Origin: Natribaculum luteum | GTDB taxonomy: Archaea > Halobacteriota > Halobacteria > Halobacteriales > Natrialbaceae | Assembly (NCBI RefSeq): GCF_023008545.1 | Contig: NZ_CP095397.1 | Span: forward strand, 2,715,199-2,779,198 | Direction: 5' to 3' | DNA length: 64,000 bases | Part shown: positions 48,598 to 58,136 of the stretch, piece by piece | Numbering within the stretch: the first letter of the stretch is position 1 | Layout: the number at the start of each line of letters is the position of its first letter | Translations under genes and position numbers: made by a program | The notes under the pieces: generated by a model | What the model was told of the DNA's origin: nothing | The model's input: only the letters and a program-made list of their open reading frames with translations | The model's database searches: none

Positions 48598-48846
48598 ATG
48601 AATCTCGAACGATTCGTCCGCGACGACGGACGACTGGCGCGGCAGTACGACTACGGTGACGAGACGGTACTGGCCGTCGACTTCGGCCCGGCCGGTGCAG
48701 ACGCGTCGGTCGACGTCGTCGACGGCACCGTAATCGTCGTCTTCGACGACGAGCAGCGGGAGCTCGAGCTCCCGGCCGACGTCGAGGACGCGCAAGCGTT
48801 TATCAGAAACGGCGTGCTCACTATCGAGATGGAGGTAGACGCATGA
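48598..48846 (+). CDS. Small acidic protein of 82 aa, translationally coupled to cdc48. It may be a beta-sandwich Hsp20-like protein.
   Basis: Its stop overlaps the cdc48 start as ATGA. Composition is haloarchaeal. Confidence 0.4.
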   Translation: MNLERFVRDDGRLARQYDYGDETVLAVDFGPAGADASVDVVDGTVIVVFDDEQRELELPADVEDAQAFIRNGVLTIEMEVDA

Positions 48847-51104
48847 AACTCACCGTCAAACCCCTCAAGCAGAAAGATGCGGGGCGCGGACTCGCGGCGA
48901 TCGATCGCGCGTCGATGCGCGAACTCGACCTCGAGAACGGGGACTACATCCTCATCGAGGGCAACGGCGACGGGCAAGCGGTCGCTCGGGTCTGGCCCGG
49001 CTACCCCGAGGACGAGGGCCGCGGCGTCGTTCGGATCGACGGTCGCCTTCGACAGGAGGCCGGCGTCGGGATCGACGACCGCGTCACCGTCGAACCGGCC
49101 GACGTCAAACCCGCCACGTCCGTGACCGTCGCGCTCCCCCAGAATCTGCGCATTCGGGGGGACATCGGACCGCTCGTGCGCGACAAACTGAGCGGTCAGG
49201 CCGTCACCGAGGGACAGACGGTGCCGTTCTCGCTGTCGTTCGGGCCGATGACCAGCTCCGGTCAGTCGGTCCCGCTGAAGATCGCGAGCACCTCGCCGAG
49301 CGGGACGGTCGTCATCACCGACTCGACGAACATCGAGATCAGCGAGACCCCCGCCGAGCAGATCAGCGCCGCCGGTCGTGAGTCGCCCGAGGGCGTCCCG
49401 AACGTCACCTACGAGGACATCGGCGGCCTGGACGACGAACTCGACCAGGTCCGTGAGATGATCGAGTTGCCGATGCGCCACCCCGAGCTGTTCCAGCAAC
49501 TCGGCATCGAGCCGCCCAAAGGCGTCCTCCTGCACGGCCCACCGGGGACCGGCAAGACGCTGATGGCGAAAGCCGTCGCCAACGAGATCGACGCTGACTT
49601 CCAGACGATCTCCGGGCCGGAGATCATGTCGAAGTACTACGGCGAGTCCGAAGAGCAGCTCCGCGAGGTCTTCGAGGAGGCCGAGGAGAACGCACCCGCG
49701 ATCGTCTTCATCGACGAGATCGACTCCATCGCGGCAAAGCGCGAGGAAGCCGGCGGTGACGTCGAACGGCGCGTCGTCGCCCAGCTGCTCAGCCTGATGG
49801 ACGGTCTCGAGGAGCGCGGTCGCGTCACGGTCATCGCCGCGACGAACCGCGTGGACGCGCTCGATCCCGCACTCCGCCGTGGCGGTCGCTTCGACCGCGA
49901 GATCGAGATCGGCGTCCCGGACAAGGACGGACGCAAGGAGATCCTGCAGGTCCACACCCGCGGGATGCCGCTGTCGGACTCGATCGACCTGGATCAGTAC
50001 GCCGAGAACACCCACGGCTTCGTCGGGGCCGACCTCGAGAGTCTGACCAAGGAGGCCGCGATGACCGCCCTGCGGCGCATCCGCCCCGAACTCGACCTCG
50101 AGAGCGATGAGATCGACGCCGAGGTCCTCGAGTCGCTGCAGGTCACGGAGGCCGACTTCAAGGAGGCACTCAAGGGCATCGAACCGTCCGCGCTTCGCGA
50201 GGTCTTCGTCGAGGTCCCCGACGTCACCTGGAACGACGTCGGCGGCCTAGAGGACACCAAAGAGCGACTGCGCGAGACGATCCAGTGGCCGCTCGACTTC
50301 CCCGAGGTGTTCGAGCAGATGGACATGCAGGCCGCCAAGGGCGTCCTCATGTACGGGCCGCCGGGAACCGGCAAGACGCTGCTCGCGAAAGCCGTCGCCA
50401 ACGAGGCCCAGTCGAACTTCATCTCGATCAAGGGCCCCGAACTGCTGAACAAGTACGTCGGCGAGTCCGAGAAGGGCGTCCGCGAGGTCTTCGAGAAGGC
50501 GCGGTCGAACGCACCGACCGTGATCTTCTTCGACGAGATCGACTCCATCGCGGGCGAGCGCGGCCGGCGAACCGGCGACTCCGGCGTTGGCGAACGCGTC
50601 GTCTCGCAACTGCTGACCGAACTCGATGGGCTAGAGGAGCTCGAAGACGTCGTCGTCGTCGCCACCACGAACCGGCCGGACCTCATCGACTCCGCGCTGC
50701 TCCGTCCCGGACGACTGGACCGGCACGTCCACGTGCCCGTCCCCGACGAGGACGGCCGCAAGAGGATCTTCGAAGTCCACACCCGGGACAAGCCGCTGGC
50801 CGACGCGGTCGACCTCGAATGGCTCGCCAGTGAGACCGACGGCTACGTCGGTGCCGACATCGAGGCGGTCTGTCGCGAGGCGTCGATGGCAGCCACCCGG
50901 GAGTTCATCAACTCCGTCGATCCGGACGACGTGGACGACACCATCGGCAACGTCCGCATCAGCCGCGAACACTTCGAGCACGCACTCGAGGAGGTCAGCC
51001 CGAGCGTGACCCCCGAGACCCGCGAACGCTACGAGGAGATCGAAGAGAAGTTCACGACGTCCGAACCCGAGACCGAGGCTGAAGTCGGCCGGACGTTCCA
51101 GTGA
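48843..51104 (+). CDS. cdc48: CDC48/VCP-type AAA+ ATPase with two AAA domains and an N-terminal CDC48 domain.
   Basis: Two Walker A motifs (GPPGTGKTL twice), SRH regions and an N-domain. 753 aa. Confidence 0.95.
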   Translation: MKLTVKPLKQKDAGRGLAAIDRASMRELDLENGDYILIEGNGDGQAVARVWPGYPEDEGRGVVRIDGRLRQEAGVGIDDRVTVEPADVKPATSVTVALPQNLRIRGDIGPLVRDKLSGQAVTEGQTVPFSLSFGPMTSSGQSVPLKIASTSPSGTVVITDSTNIEISETPAEQISAAGRESPEGVPNVTYEDIGGLDDELDQVREMIELPMRHPELFQQLGIEPPKGVLLHGPPGTGKTLMAKAVANEIDADFQTISGPEIMSKYYGESEEQLREVFEEAEENAPAIVFIDEIDSIAAKREEAGGDVERRVVAQLLSLMDGLEERGRVTVIAATNRVDALDPALRRGGRFDREIEIGVPDKDGRKEILQVHTRGMPLSDSIDLDQYAENTHGFVGADLESLTKEAAMTALRRIRPELDLESDEIDAEVLESLQVTEADFKEALKGIEPSALREVFVEVPDVTWNDVGGLEDTKERLRETIQWPLDFPEVFEQMDMQAAKGVLMYGPPGTGKTLLAKAVANEAQSNFISIKGPELLNKYVGESEKGVREVFEKARSNAPTVIFFDEIDSIAGERGRRTGDSGVGERVVSQLLTELDGLEELEDVVVVATTNRPDLIDSALLRPGRLDRHVHVPVPDEDGRKRIFEVHTRDKPLADAVDLEWLASETDGYVGADIEAVCREASMAATREFINSVDPDDVDDTIGNVRISREHFEHALEEVSPSVTPETRERYEEIEEKFTTSEPETEAEVGRTFQ

Positions 51105-51149
51105 TGTTCCAGCCGGTCTGACTACCGCGTAGCGGTCCCCCGAGACGTC

Positions 51150-51160
51150 GATTTTTCCGA
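51150..51160 (+). terminator. Oligo-T (T5) archaeal-type terminator downstream of cdc48.
   Basis: cgatttttccg about 50 nt after the stop. Confidence 0.4.
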
Positions 51161-51189
51161 TCGACCGAGACGACCGCCGGACACGAGTC

Positions 51190-51663
51190 TCAGTGAGCCG
51201 CCGGTGCCGACTCGAGTTCCGCGAGGATCTCGTCGGCGTGACCCTCCGGTGAGACGTCCTCGTAGACGGCCTCGACGCATCCGTCCGCGTCGATCACGTA
51301 CGTGTTACGGAAGACGCCGTCGAAGGTGTTGCCGAACATCTGTTTCTCGCCGTAGGAATCGTACAGTGTCGACACCTCGCCGTGTTCGTCCGAGAGCATG
51401 TCGAAGGGAATGTCGTGGTCGTCGGCGAACGCCGCCAAGTCGTCGACGGGGTCGTCACTGATCCCGACGACAGCCACGTCCAGGTCGTCGAACGCGGCTC
51501 TGGCGTCGCGAAAGCTCTTGGCCTCAATGGTACAGCCGCGCGTGTTCGCACGGGGATAGAAGTAGACGACGACTCGCTGCCCTTCGAACTCCGAGAGTCG
51601 GATCGTCTCGCCGTGCTGGTTGGGCAGTTCGAACTCCGGTGCGTCCGCCCCTACGTCAAGCAT
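51190..51663 (-). CDS. bcp: Peroxiredoxin (Bcp-type thiol peroxidase, AhpC/TSA family).
   Basis: Peroxidatic Cys in FYPRANTRGCT. 157 aa. Confidence 0.85.
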   Translation of the reverse strand: MLDVGADAPEFELPNQHGETIRLSEFEGQRVVVYFYPRANTRGCTIEAKSFRDARAAFDDLDVAVVGISDDPVDDLAAFADDHDIPFDMLSDEHGEVSTLYDSYGEKQMFGNTFDGVFRNTYVIDADGCVEAVYEDVSPEGHADEILAELESAPAAH

Positions 51664-51753
51664 AGCCGTGAATTCGACTGATCGAAGGTATGTTTATCGG
51701 TATCAACCGAGTGAAAACTTCGCATACGTTGTTGGCCGTTTACTCGAGGTCGC

Positions 51754-52641
51754 TCACTCGAGCGGTTCCGCCGCGTCGCGGTCGACGAGCGGCGTCGCGT
51801 TCGCCTGGGGGAGCGTGACGACGTCGTCGCTCTCGAGGGTGTACTCGCGATCGTCGACGCCGAGGATCGAACCGACGTCTCGGGTAATCCGGACGGTGAC
51901 GCGATCGACGCTTCGGTCCGGGTCGTCGGCGTCGGTGTGTTCGCCGTCCGTTTCTGTCCCGTCGCTGTCGGCCGATTCGTCGTCGGGGGTACGGGTCGTC
52001 GCCGGGTCGGGAGGTGACGGCGGGGCGTCCGCGGACGGCTCGGGTTCCGTGGGGACGTCCCCGGCCATGACGTCGGCTGCCGAGACCGACGACGGCTCCG
52101 CGTCGCCGGTGGCAGCGCCCGGGTCTGTAGGTCGGTCGTCCGGCGGTTCTTCCGGCGGTACTGGCGGTACGTCGTCGGCAGGTGCCGTCGCCGCGCTGTC
52201 GGTCCCGGTGGGGTCGTCCGTCGAGTCGTCGGCCGCATCCGACTCGTCGGGACGCTCCCCCTCGAGGACGTCGAGGACGCGCCCCTTGTTCGTCTGGATG
52301 CGGTCGACGAGGTCGGAAAAGAGATCCTGTTCCTCCGCGGTCAGGCCGTCGTCGTCGGCCGGCATCCCCGCGGCGGCCAGACTCGCCTGCTTGACGAGTT
52401 TGCCCATTCGCCGCTCGTAGATCGCCTCGACGACGTCTCGAGCGGCTTCGATCTCGTCCGTGAGCCGCCCCACCTCGGGCGAGGCGAACGGATCGTCGGC
52501 GCGTTCGGCGGCGCGGTTGCGTTCGTCCTCGAGATCGGCGATGTACTCGCCGACCTCCTGGTAGAACGAGGGGCGCAGGTTCTGGAGGCTGTCTTTCTGG
52601 CGCTCCTTGCTCTGGACCGTGCGCAACTCGTCTAGGTTCAT
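51754..52641 (-). CDS. GINS-like (Gins15/51-type) replication protein with a long acidic disordered insert.
   Basis: The N-terminal region MNLDELRTVQSKERQKDSLQNLRPSFYQEVGEYI is GINS A-domain-like. It is translationally coupled to priS (ATGA), as in other archaea. The middle region of about 110 aa is Asp/Pro/Thr-rich. Confidence 0.55.
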   Translation of the reverse strand: MNLDELRTVQSKERQKDSLQNLRPSFYQEVGEYIADLEDERNRAAERADDPFASPEVGRLTDEIEAARDVVEAIYERRMGKLVKQASLAAAGMPADDDGLTAEEQDLFSDLVDRIQTNKGRVLDVLEGERPDESDAADDSTDDPTGTDSAATAPADDVPPVPPEEPPDDRPTDPGAATGDAEPSSVSAADVMAGDVPTEPEPSADAPPSPPDPATTRTPDDESADSDGTETDGEHTDADDPDRSVDRVTVRITRDVGSILGVDDREYTLESDDVVTLPQANATPLVDRDAAEPLE

Positions 52642-53816
52642 CGTTCTTTCTCCTTTTCTGCCCTGCCACGCGCCATGAGAAACGTCGCGACGTACTCCGG
52701 GAGTGACTGGTCACCCTCCGGAACTGTAAAGATGTCGCCGTCGAGTTCGACCTCGCCGCCGCGAGTGACGTCGACCGCGATCTCGTGGCTGCGGAACGTC
52801 TCGGGGACGGCGTCGACCAGCGGATCGAACGCGTCGAGTTCGTCCCGGTCGATGCGACGCACCTCGAGGGCGCTCCCGCCGTGGAGGCTCCCCGGCAGCC
52901 GGATGAGCCGGTTGGTGTCGGTCGTCACCGGCTCGTCGATCGGCGCGTTGTCGCGCTCGACCGCCCGCGTCGCGAATCGTTCTGCGAGCTGGGCGACGGC
53001 CGTGTGTACGGTGACGTTGCCCGCCTCGAGCTCCTCGCGGTTGTTCCGGGCGGCGTTGAGTGTGGCGGTCGCCTTCCCCTCGCCGATGCCGTCGAACGCC
53101 TGGAGGCGCTCGAGGGCCGCTGCTTCCTCGAGTTCGAGCAACTCGTCGACGAACGCGACGAACCGCCGGTGAGTTCGGCGGCCCCAGCCGCCGTCGGTCC
53201 GCAGGGTGCGTCGCTCCGTCGGCGTCTTCCGTCCCAGTCCGGCGACGGTCTCGGTCTCGACCAGTTCGTCGAACTCGAGGCCGATGCCGCGGACGTAGTC
53301 GACGATCTCGCGGCGGTGCTCGCGGTCGAGGTGGCGGACGCTCTCGTCGCGAACGTGGACGTGGTAGCCGCGACCGCCGGAGAAGACGACCTCGAGGTCC
53401 TCGAACGCGAAGTCGTCTTCGAGGAAGTCGAGCAGTCGACAGAGGGCGTCTTTGCACTTCGCGAGCATCTCGGCGTAGCTGTCCTCGCCGAGCGTAACTG
53501 CGGGCAGGTGATCCGCGTCGAGGTCGAAGACCAGGTCGGAGGAGCGCCAGCCTTTCTCGCTCATCGAGCTCGCGCCGGGATCGTCGTACCGGCCGGCGGA
53601 GAAGTAGACGTGCCGGGGGCGTTCGCGCTCGAGGAACTCCTCGACGGCGCCGAGCTCGAGCAGCGAGCGGTGACGGACCATCGTCGTTCCCGGTCCGTCC
53701 GTCCACGGGATGTATCCCCACTCGCGTTCGTTGGCTGCGGGTGGCAGCGTGATCTCCGTCCGGCGGTAGTGATCTCGAAATCGCCCACGTAGGTAGGCTC
53801 TCGTTCGCTCCTCCAT
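52638..53816 (-). CDS. priS: DNA primase small (catalytic) subunit PriS.
   Basis: DLVFDLDADH metal site, SGGRGYHVHV, archaeo-eukaryotic primase fold. Confidence 0.9.
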   Translation of the reverse strand: MEERTRAYLRGRFRDHYRRTEITLPPAANEREWGYIPWTDGPGTTMVRHRSLLELGAVEEFLERERPRHVYFSAGRYDDPGASSMSEKGWRSSDLVFDLDADHLPAVTLGEDSYAEMLAKCKDALCRLLDFLEDDFAFEDLEVVFSGGRGYHVHVRDESVRHLDREHRREIVDYVRGIGLEFDELVETETVAGLGRKTPTERRTLRTDGGWGRRTHRRFVAFVDELLELEEAAALERLQAFDGIGEGKATATLNAARNNREELEAGNVTVHTAVAQLAERFATRAVERDNAPIDEPVTTDTNRLIRLPGSLHGGSALEVRRIDRDELDAFDPLVDAVPETFRSHEIAVDVTRGGEVELDGDIFTVPEGDQSLPEYVATFLMARGRAEKEKER

Positions 53817-53844
53817 GCGCCTCGCTTACTCGGCCTGCCGATGG

Positions 53845-53860
53845 TATAATATTGCCGGAC
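53845..53860 (-). promoter_or_regulatory. TATA candidate (gatggtataatattgc) for priS.
   Basis: At about -27 from ATG 53816. Confidence 0.4.
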
Positions 53861-54050
53861 TGTCGTCGCCGCTCGAGAGTCGTTCGCATTCGACTGTCGC
53901 CGGCGAGGGTCAGTCGCTCTCGTCTGACGTTCTCGAACGAGGGTCGTTCGGACGGGATCGACTGTCGACACTGCGAACCGTTCTGAGGCGACGAGGAGCG
54001 TTCCACCGACGCGTCGCTCGGGGGAATGGGAGGTCGTGACTGGACCGGGC

Positions 54051-54524
54051 CTACCGCCGTACCAGGTCCGAGATCCGATCCGTGATGCCGCCGTCGCCGA
54101 GTTTGAGGTAGTAGGCGTCGCCGCCATCCTCGTAGTAGTTGTCGATCCGGCGTTTGATCTCGAAGCCGAGGTGTTCGTAGAACTGGAGGGCGTTCTCGTT
54201 ACTCGTCCGGGCGTGGCAGGTGATCGTGTTGTGATCCTCCGCGACGCAGGCGATCAGTCGCTTGCCGATCCCCTCGCCGCGATACTCCGGCGAGACGGCC
54301 AGAAAGAGGATGTATCCGTCGCGACGGACGGCCGCGAAGCCGACCAGTTTCTCGTCCTCGAGCGAGCAGTGGACCGTCGCGCGGCGGTAGGCGTCCGTGA
54401 AGAAGCCGCGTCGCTGTTTGAGCACGCCCTCGCGTTGGTGGATGCGCTCTTTGAGCTCCCAGGCGTCTTCGACGTACTCGTCACTGCCCGGGGCGACGAC
54501 ACGGCTGTCGACGTTGACGCTCAC
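54051..54524 (-). CDS. GNAT-family N-acetyltransferase.
   Basis: Acetyl-CoA-binding motif RGEGIGKRLI. Confidence 0.8.
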   Translation of the reverse strand: MSVNVDSRVVAPGSDEYVEDAWELKERIHQREGVLKQRRGFFTDAYRRATVHCSLEDEKLVGFAAVRRDGYILFLAVSPEYRGEGIGKRLIACVAEDHNTITCHARTSNENALQFYEHLGFEIKRRIDNYYEDGGDAYYLKLGDGGITDRISDLVRR

Positions 54525-54660
54525 TACCCTCGAGTAACAGCGACGTCAATATAATTCCACCGGCAACTGCTCGCAAGTCCGTCGATTTCGAAGCCGATCA
54601 CGAAGCCGCGGTCCACTGCGGCGATGGACCTACTACCCCTGCCGTCGAACCCACTGTCGA

Positions 54661-55083
54661 ATGCGTACGAGTTTCGAACTCCGCGAGCACACAGCCGACG
54701 TCGCCGTCGCCGCGACGGGACCGACGCTCGAGGCAGTCTTCGCCGCCGTCGCCGACGGCCTCGCGGCAGCCAGTTGCGACGACGTGCCCGAAGAAGGCGC
54801 CCGGTTCGACGTCGACGTTCGCGCCGAAAGTCGAGAGGCGCTGCTGTTCGACTACCTCGACGAACTGATCTACCTGCGCGACGTTCGCGGCGAACTCCCC
54901 GTCGACAACCACGCGACGATCACGGAACCCGATGGCGACGACGAGTGGCACCTCGAGGGAAGCGCCCGCGGGGTCCCGCTCGAGGCCGTCGACGCCCGCG
55001 ACGTGAAAGCCGTCACCTACTCCGAGATGCGCCTCGAGGAGACCGGGGAGGGGTGGGAGGCGTACGTCGTCTTCGACGTGTAG
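54661..55083 (+). CDS. Archease (RtcB activator).
   Basis: FELREHTADVAV ... VKAVTYSEMRLEE are the archease signatures. It sits directly upstream of rtcB. Confidence 0.9.
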   Translation: MRTSFELREHTADVAVAATGPTLEAVFAAVADGLAAASCDDVPEEGARFDVDVRAESREALLFDYLDELIYLRDVRGELPVDNHATITEPDGDDEWHLEGSARGVPLEAVDARDVKAVTYSEMRLEETGEGWEAYVVFDV

Positions 55084-55131
55084 CCGCGTTGCAGGAACAG
55101 GTCTTTCACCGATGCTCGCGGACGGTCGAGT

Positions 55132-56592
55132 ATGACCACGTTCGACGCAGACGGCATCACGCTCGAGCAGGTATCGGAGTACGTCTGGGAGATTCCACGG
55201 GAGGGGGACATGCGCGTTCCCGCTCGCGTGTTCGCGAGCGAACTCCTGCTCGAGGAGATCGCCGGTGACAAGACCCTAGAACAGTTGAAAAACTCGACGC
55301 AGCTGCCGGGAATGACGAAGTACGGGATCTGCATGCCCGACGGCCACCAGGGCTACGGCTTCCCGGTCGGCGGTGTGGGGGCGCTCGATGCCGAAGACGG
55401 CTGTATTTCTCCGGGAGCGGTCGGCTACGACATCAACTGCGGCGTCAGGATGATGAAAACTAACCTGGCCTACGACGACGTACAGGGCACCGAACAGGAG
55501 CTCGTCGACGCCCTGTTCGAGAACATTCCGTCGGGGCTGGGCGGCGGCGGCGTCGTCGAGACGGACGTCGACACCATCGACGAGATCCTCGAGGGTGGCG
55601 TCCGGTGGGCGCTCGAGAACGGCCACGCCGTCGAGGACGACCTGGCCCACTGTGAAGACGAGGGCTTCCGCGCGGAGGCCGACGCCTCGAAGATCTCCCA
55701 GAAGGCGAAAGACCGCGGGAAGAATCAGGTCGGCTCGCTGGGATCGGGCAACCACTTCCTCGAGGTCCAGCGAGTCACGGACGTCTTCGACGAGACGATC
55801 GGCGACGCGTACGGACTCGAGGAGGATCAGATCGTCGTCCTCATCCACTGTGGGTCGCGAGGGCTGGGTCACCAGACGTGTAACGATTACCTGCGAAAGA
55901 TCGAAAAACAACACCAGGGGCTGTTGAACCAGCTCCCGGACAAGGAACTCGCGGCCGCACCCGCGGGCTCACAGCTCGCAGAGGACTACTACGGCGCGAT
56001 GAACGCAGCGATCAACTTCGCGTGGGTCAACCGCCAGCTCATCATGCACCGCACGCGGCAGGTGTTCGAGCAGGTCTTCGATCGGCCGTGGCAGGAGATG
56101 GGGATGGAACTGCTCTACGACGTCGCCCACAACATCGCGAAAAAGGAGACGCACACCGTCGACGGCGAGGAGGGCGAGTACTTCGTCCACCGCAAGGGAG
56201 CGACACGGGCGTTTCCGGCGGGCCACCCCGAGGTACCAGAGGCCTACCGCAGCGTCGGCCAGCCGGTCATCATCCCGGGCAGCATGGGGTCGGGCAGTTA
56301 CGTCCTCTCCGGTGGCGACAACTCGATGGAACTCACGTTCGGCTCGACGGCCCACGGCGCGGGTCGAGTGATGAGTCGCACGCAGGCGAAGAAAGACTAC
56401 TGGGGCGGCGACGTCCAGCAGGAACTGCGCGACCAGCAGCAGATCTACGTCAAAGCCCAGTCGGGTGCGACCGTCGCCGAGGAAGCGCCGGGGGTCTACA
56501 AGGACGTCGACGAAGTCGTCCGCGTCTCGGACGAACTCGGCATCGGCGACAAGGTGGCGCGGACGTTCCCCGTCTGTAACATCAAGGGCTGA
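55132..56592 (+). CDS. rtcB: RNA-splicing ligase RtcB.
   Basis: MPDGHQGYGFPVGG, DINCGVRM, and the HGAGR nucleotidylation site. Confidence 0.95.
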   Translation: MTTFDADGITLEQVSEYVWEIPREGDMRVPARVFASELLLEEIAGDKTLEQLKNSTQLPGMTKYGICMPDGHQGYGFPVGGVGALDAEDGCISPGAVGYDINCGVRMMKTNLAYDDVQGTEQELVDALFENIPSGLGGGGVVETDVDTIDEILEGGVRWALENGHAVEDDLAHCEDEGFRAEADASKISQKAKDRGKNQVGSLGSGNHFLEVQRVTDVFDETIGDAYGLEEDQIVVLIHCGSRGLGHQTCNDYLRKIEKQHQGLLNQLPDKELAAAPAGSQLAEDYYGAMNAAINFAWVNRQLIMHRTRQVFEQVFDRPWQEMGMELLYDVAHNIAKKETHTVDGEEGEYFVHRKGATRAFPAGHPEVPEAYRSVGQPVIIPGSMGSGSYVLSGGDNSMELTFGSTAHGAGRVMSRTQAKKDYWGGDVQQELRDQQQIYVKAQSGATVAEEAPGVYKDVDEVVRVSDELGIGDKVARTFPVCNIKG

Positions 56593-56678
56593 TACGGTCT
56601 GCTGTACCTGTGTCCCGGGGCGACCGCAAGACGGTTCGCGGTTGCCCCGGTACTTGACGTACAGCGGTCCGTATGAGA
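56589..56678. repeat. Family-B palindromic element, copy B5.
   Basis: cTGAtacggtctgctgtacc tgtgt cccggggcgaccgc aagacggtt cgcggttgccccgg tacttgac gtacagcggtccgtatga. The TGA is the rtcB stop codon. It is about 90% identical to B4. Confidence 0.8.
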
Positions 56679-56727
56679 GGGTCTCTCGCCCGACTCTTGC
56701 TTCGAGAGCGCAGCCCGTCGTCGCTCG

Positions 56728-57996
56728 CTACGTCCGCTCTCGCACGACGTCGACGTCCTCGACGTGCCGCGTACCGGACGCCGGTGCGTCCGCGATCGAC
56801 CACCAGAGCGACGCCGCGAACAGGGTCCAGGCGACCGCGATCAGGGCGTACCCGCCGAGCGTCAGCGCGTCGCCGACGCCCTCGAGCGGCGGCAGCGCAC
56901 TCAGCCAGAGCGCGAGCACCCCGACGTTCACGCTCCCCACCTGGAGCCAGGACGGCCGCGGAACGGCGTCGGCAGCCGCGACGACGTTCTCGAGAAATCG
57001 ATCGCCGTCGGTCCGGTCGAGTGCGACAGCCGCGACCGGGAGGAACGCCATCGCGAGCTGGAGCATCCACCCGAAGACGAGACCGTCGATGGCCGCGACC
57101 TCGATCGCCCCGGCGGGGACGACGTCCGGAAGCAGCAACACGAACGGCGCCCACGGCACCGGGAAGACGAGCCACAGGTACGCCCCGAGGACGAGCGCGA
57201 CGCGACTGTTCGGGCTGCGATCGCTGGCCCGGCAGGTGCCGACGACGTTCGCGAGGAGCGCGACGGTCCCGCCGACGTAGACGACGAGTCCGAGCATCGT
57301 GAGCGCGTGGCGGGCGAGCCACGGACCGGCGACGAGTCCGCCAGCGCCGAGCGTCAGTCCCCAGAACGTGACCGGGACCAGGTGCGGATAGCGGAGGTCC
57401 GTCTCGAGGAGGACGGGGAGGACCAGGAGGAGCGTCGCGGCGACGACGAGCGCGAGGAAGCCCCAGACGTTGGCGTGGACGTGCGCTTCGATCGAGCCGA
57501 AGTAGCCGCCGGGCCCGTGGACGTTCGACAGCATGCCGAGCGCCGCGAGGAGCCCTGCGACGAGGAACCACGGGGCGATCCGGTAGTAGCGAAGCAGTTC
57601 GTGACCGCCCGCGCTCGTCCGGTAGACAGTCACCGCGAGGAGTGCGAGCGCCACCAGGACCCCCGTCGCACCGACGACTGCAGTGATGGTCGACCCGGCC
57701 GCCATGCCGATCAGGACGAGCGGATAACTGGCGTTCAGCACCAGCCACTGCAGCCATCGAGAACCCTCGTTGATGTCCGCTCTCGAGCCGTCCGCCGCGC
57801 CGACGAGAGACGGCAGGAGGCCGAACAACGCCTGTGTCATCCCGCCGATGGTGACGAAGTGGATCGTCAGCCACCGGAGTCGGGGGAGCGATTCGATTAG
57901 CCCTGCCTCGAACGCCAGCCGGCCGCCGACGGCGAGCAGTCCGACCGTCAGGTACAGTCCGGCGACGAGCAGGAACGGGTCCTTGCGCATTTGCAT
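56728..57996 (-). CDS. Polytopic membrane protein of about 12 TM helices. It may be NnrS-like.
   Basis: 422 aa from ATG 57996 (MQMRKDPFLL). It has conserved His residues in TM segments (EAHVHANVWGF). Family assignment is tentative. Confidence 0.45.
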   Translation of the reverse strand: MQMRKDPFLLVAGLYLTVGLLAVGGRLAFEAGLIESLPRLRWLTIHFVTIGGMTQALFGLLPSLVGAADGSRADINEGSRWLQWLVLNASYPLVLIGMAAGSTITAVVGATGVLVALALLAVTVYRTSAGGHELLRYYRIAPWFLVAGLLAALGMLSNVHGPGGYFGSIEAHVHANVWGFLALVVAATLLLVLPVLLETDLRYPHLVPVTFWGLTLGAGGLVAGPWLARHALTMLGLVVYVGGTVALLANVVGTCRASDRSPNSRVALVLGAYLWLVFPVPWAPFVLLLPDVVPAGAIEVAAIDGLVFGWMLQLAMAFLPVAAVALDRTDGDRFLENVVAAADAVPRPSWLQVGSVNVGVLALWLSALPPLEGVGDALTLGGYALIAVAWTLFAASLWWSIADAPASGTRHVEDVDVVRERT

Positions 57997-58136
57997 CTTG
58001 GAACGACCTCGTACCTCCCAGTTGTCGCGCCCGTCGGTTGGCGGTTCGGCCGAACACATCGGCGGAGCGCAAACGAGTTCGTCCGTTCGAACATGTTCGC
58101 ACTCGTCCTCAGGGACCCTCGGGAGCAAGAACGAGT

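Noticed and set aside
56589-56678. Idea that the hairpin after UGA is a SECIS element, implying selenocysteine read-through.
   Set aside because: The UGA codons coincide with the normal C-termini of conserved proteins (RtcB, FTHFS, the HAD-family protein). No SelB or SelA context is seen. Haloarchaea are not known to make selenoproteins.
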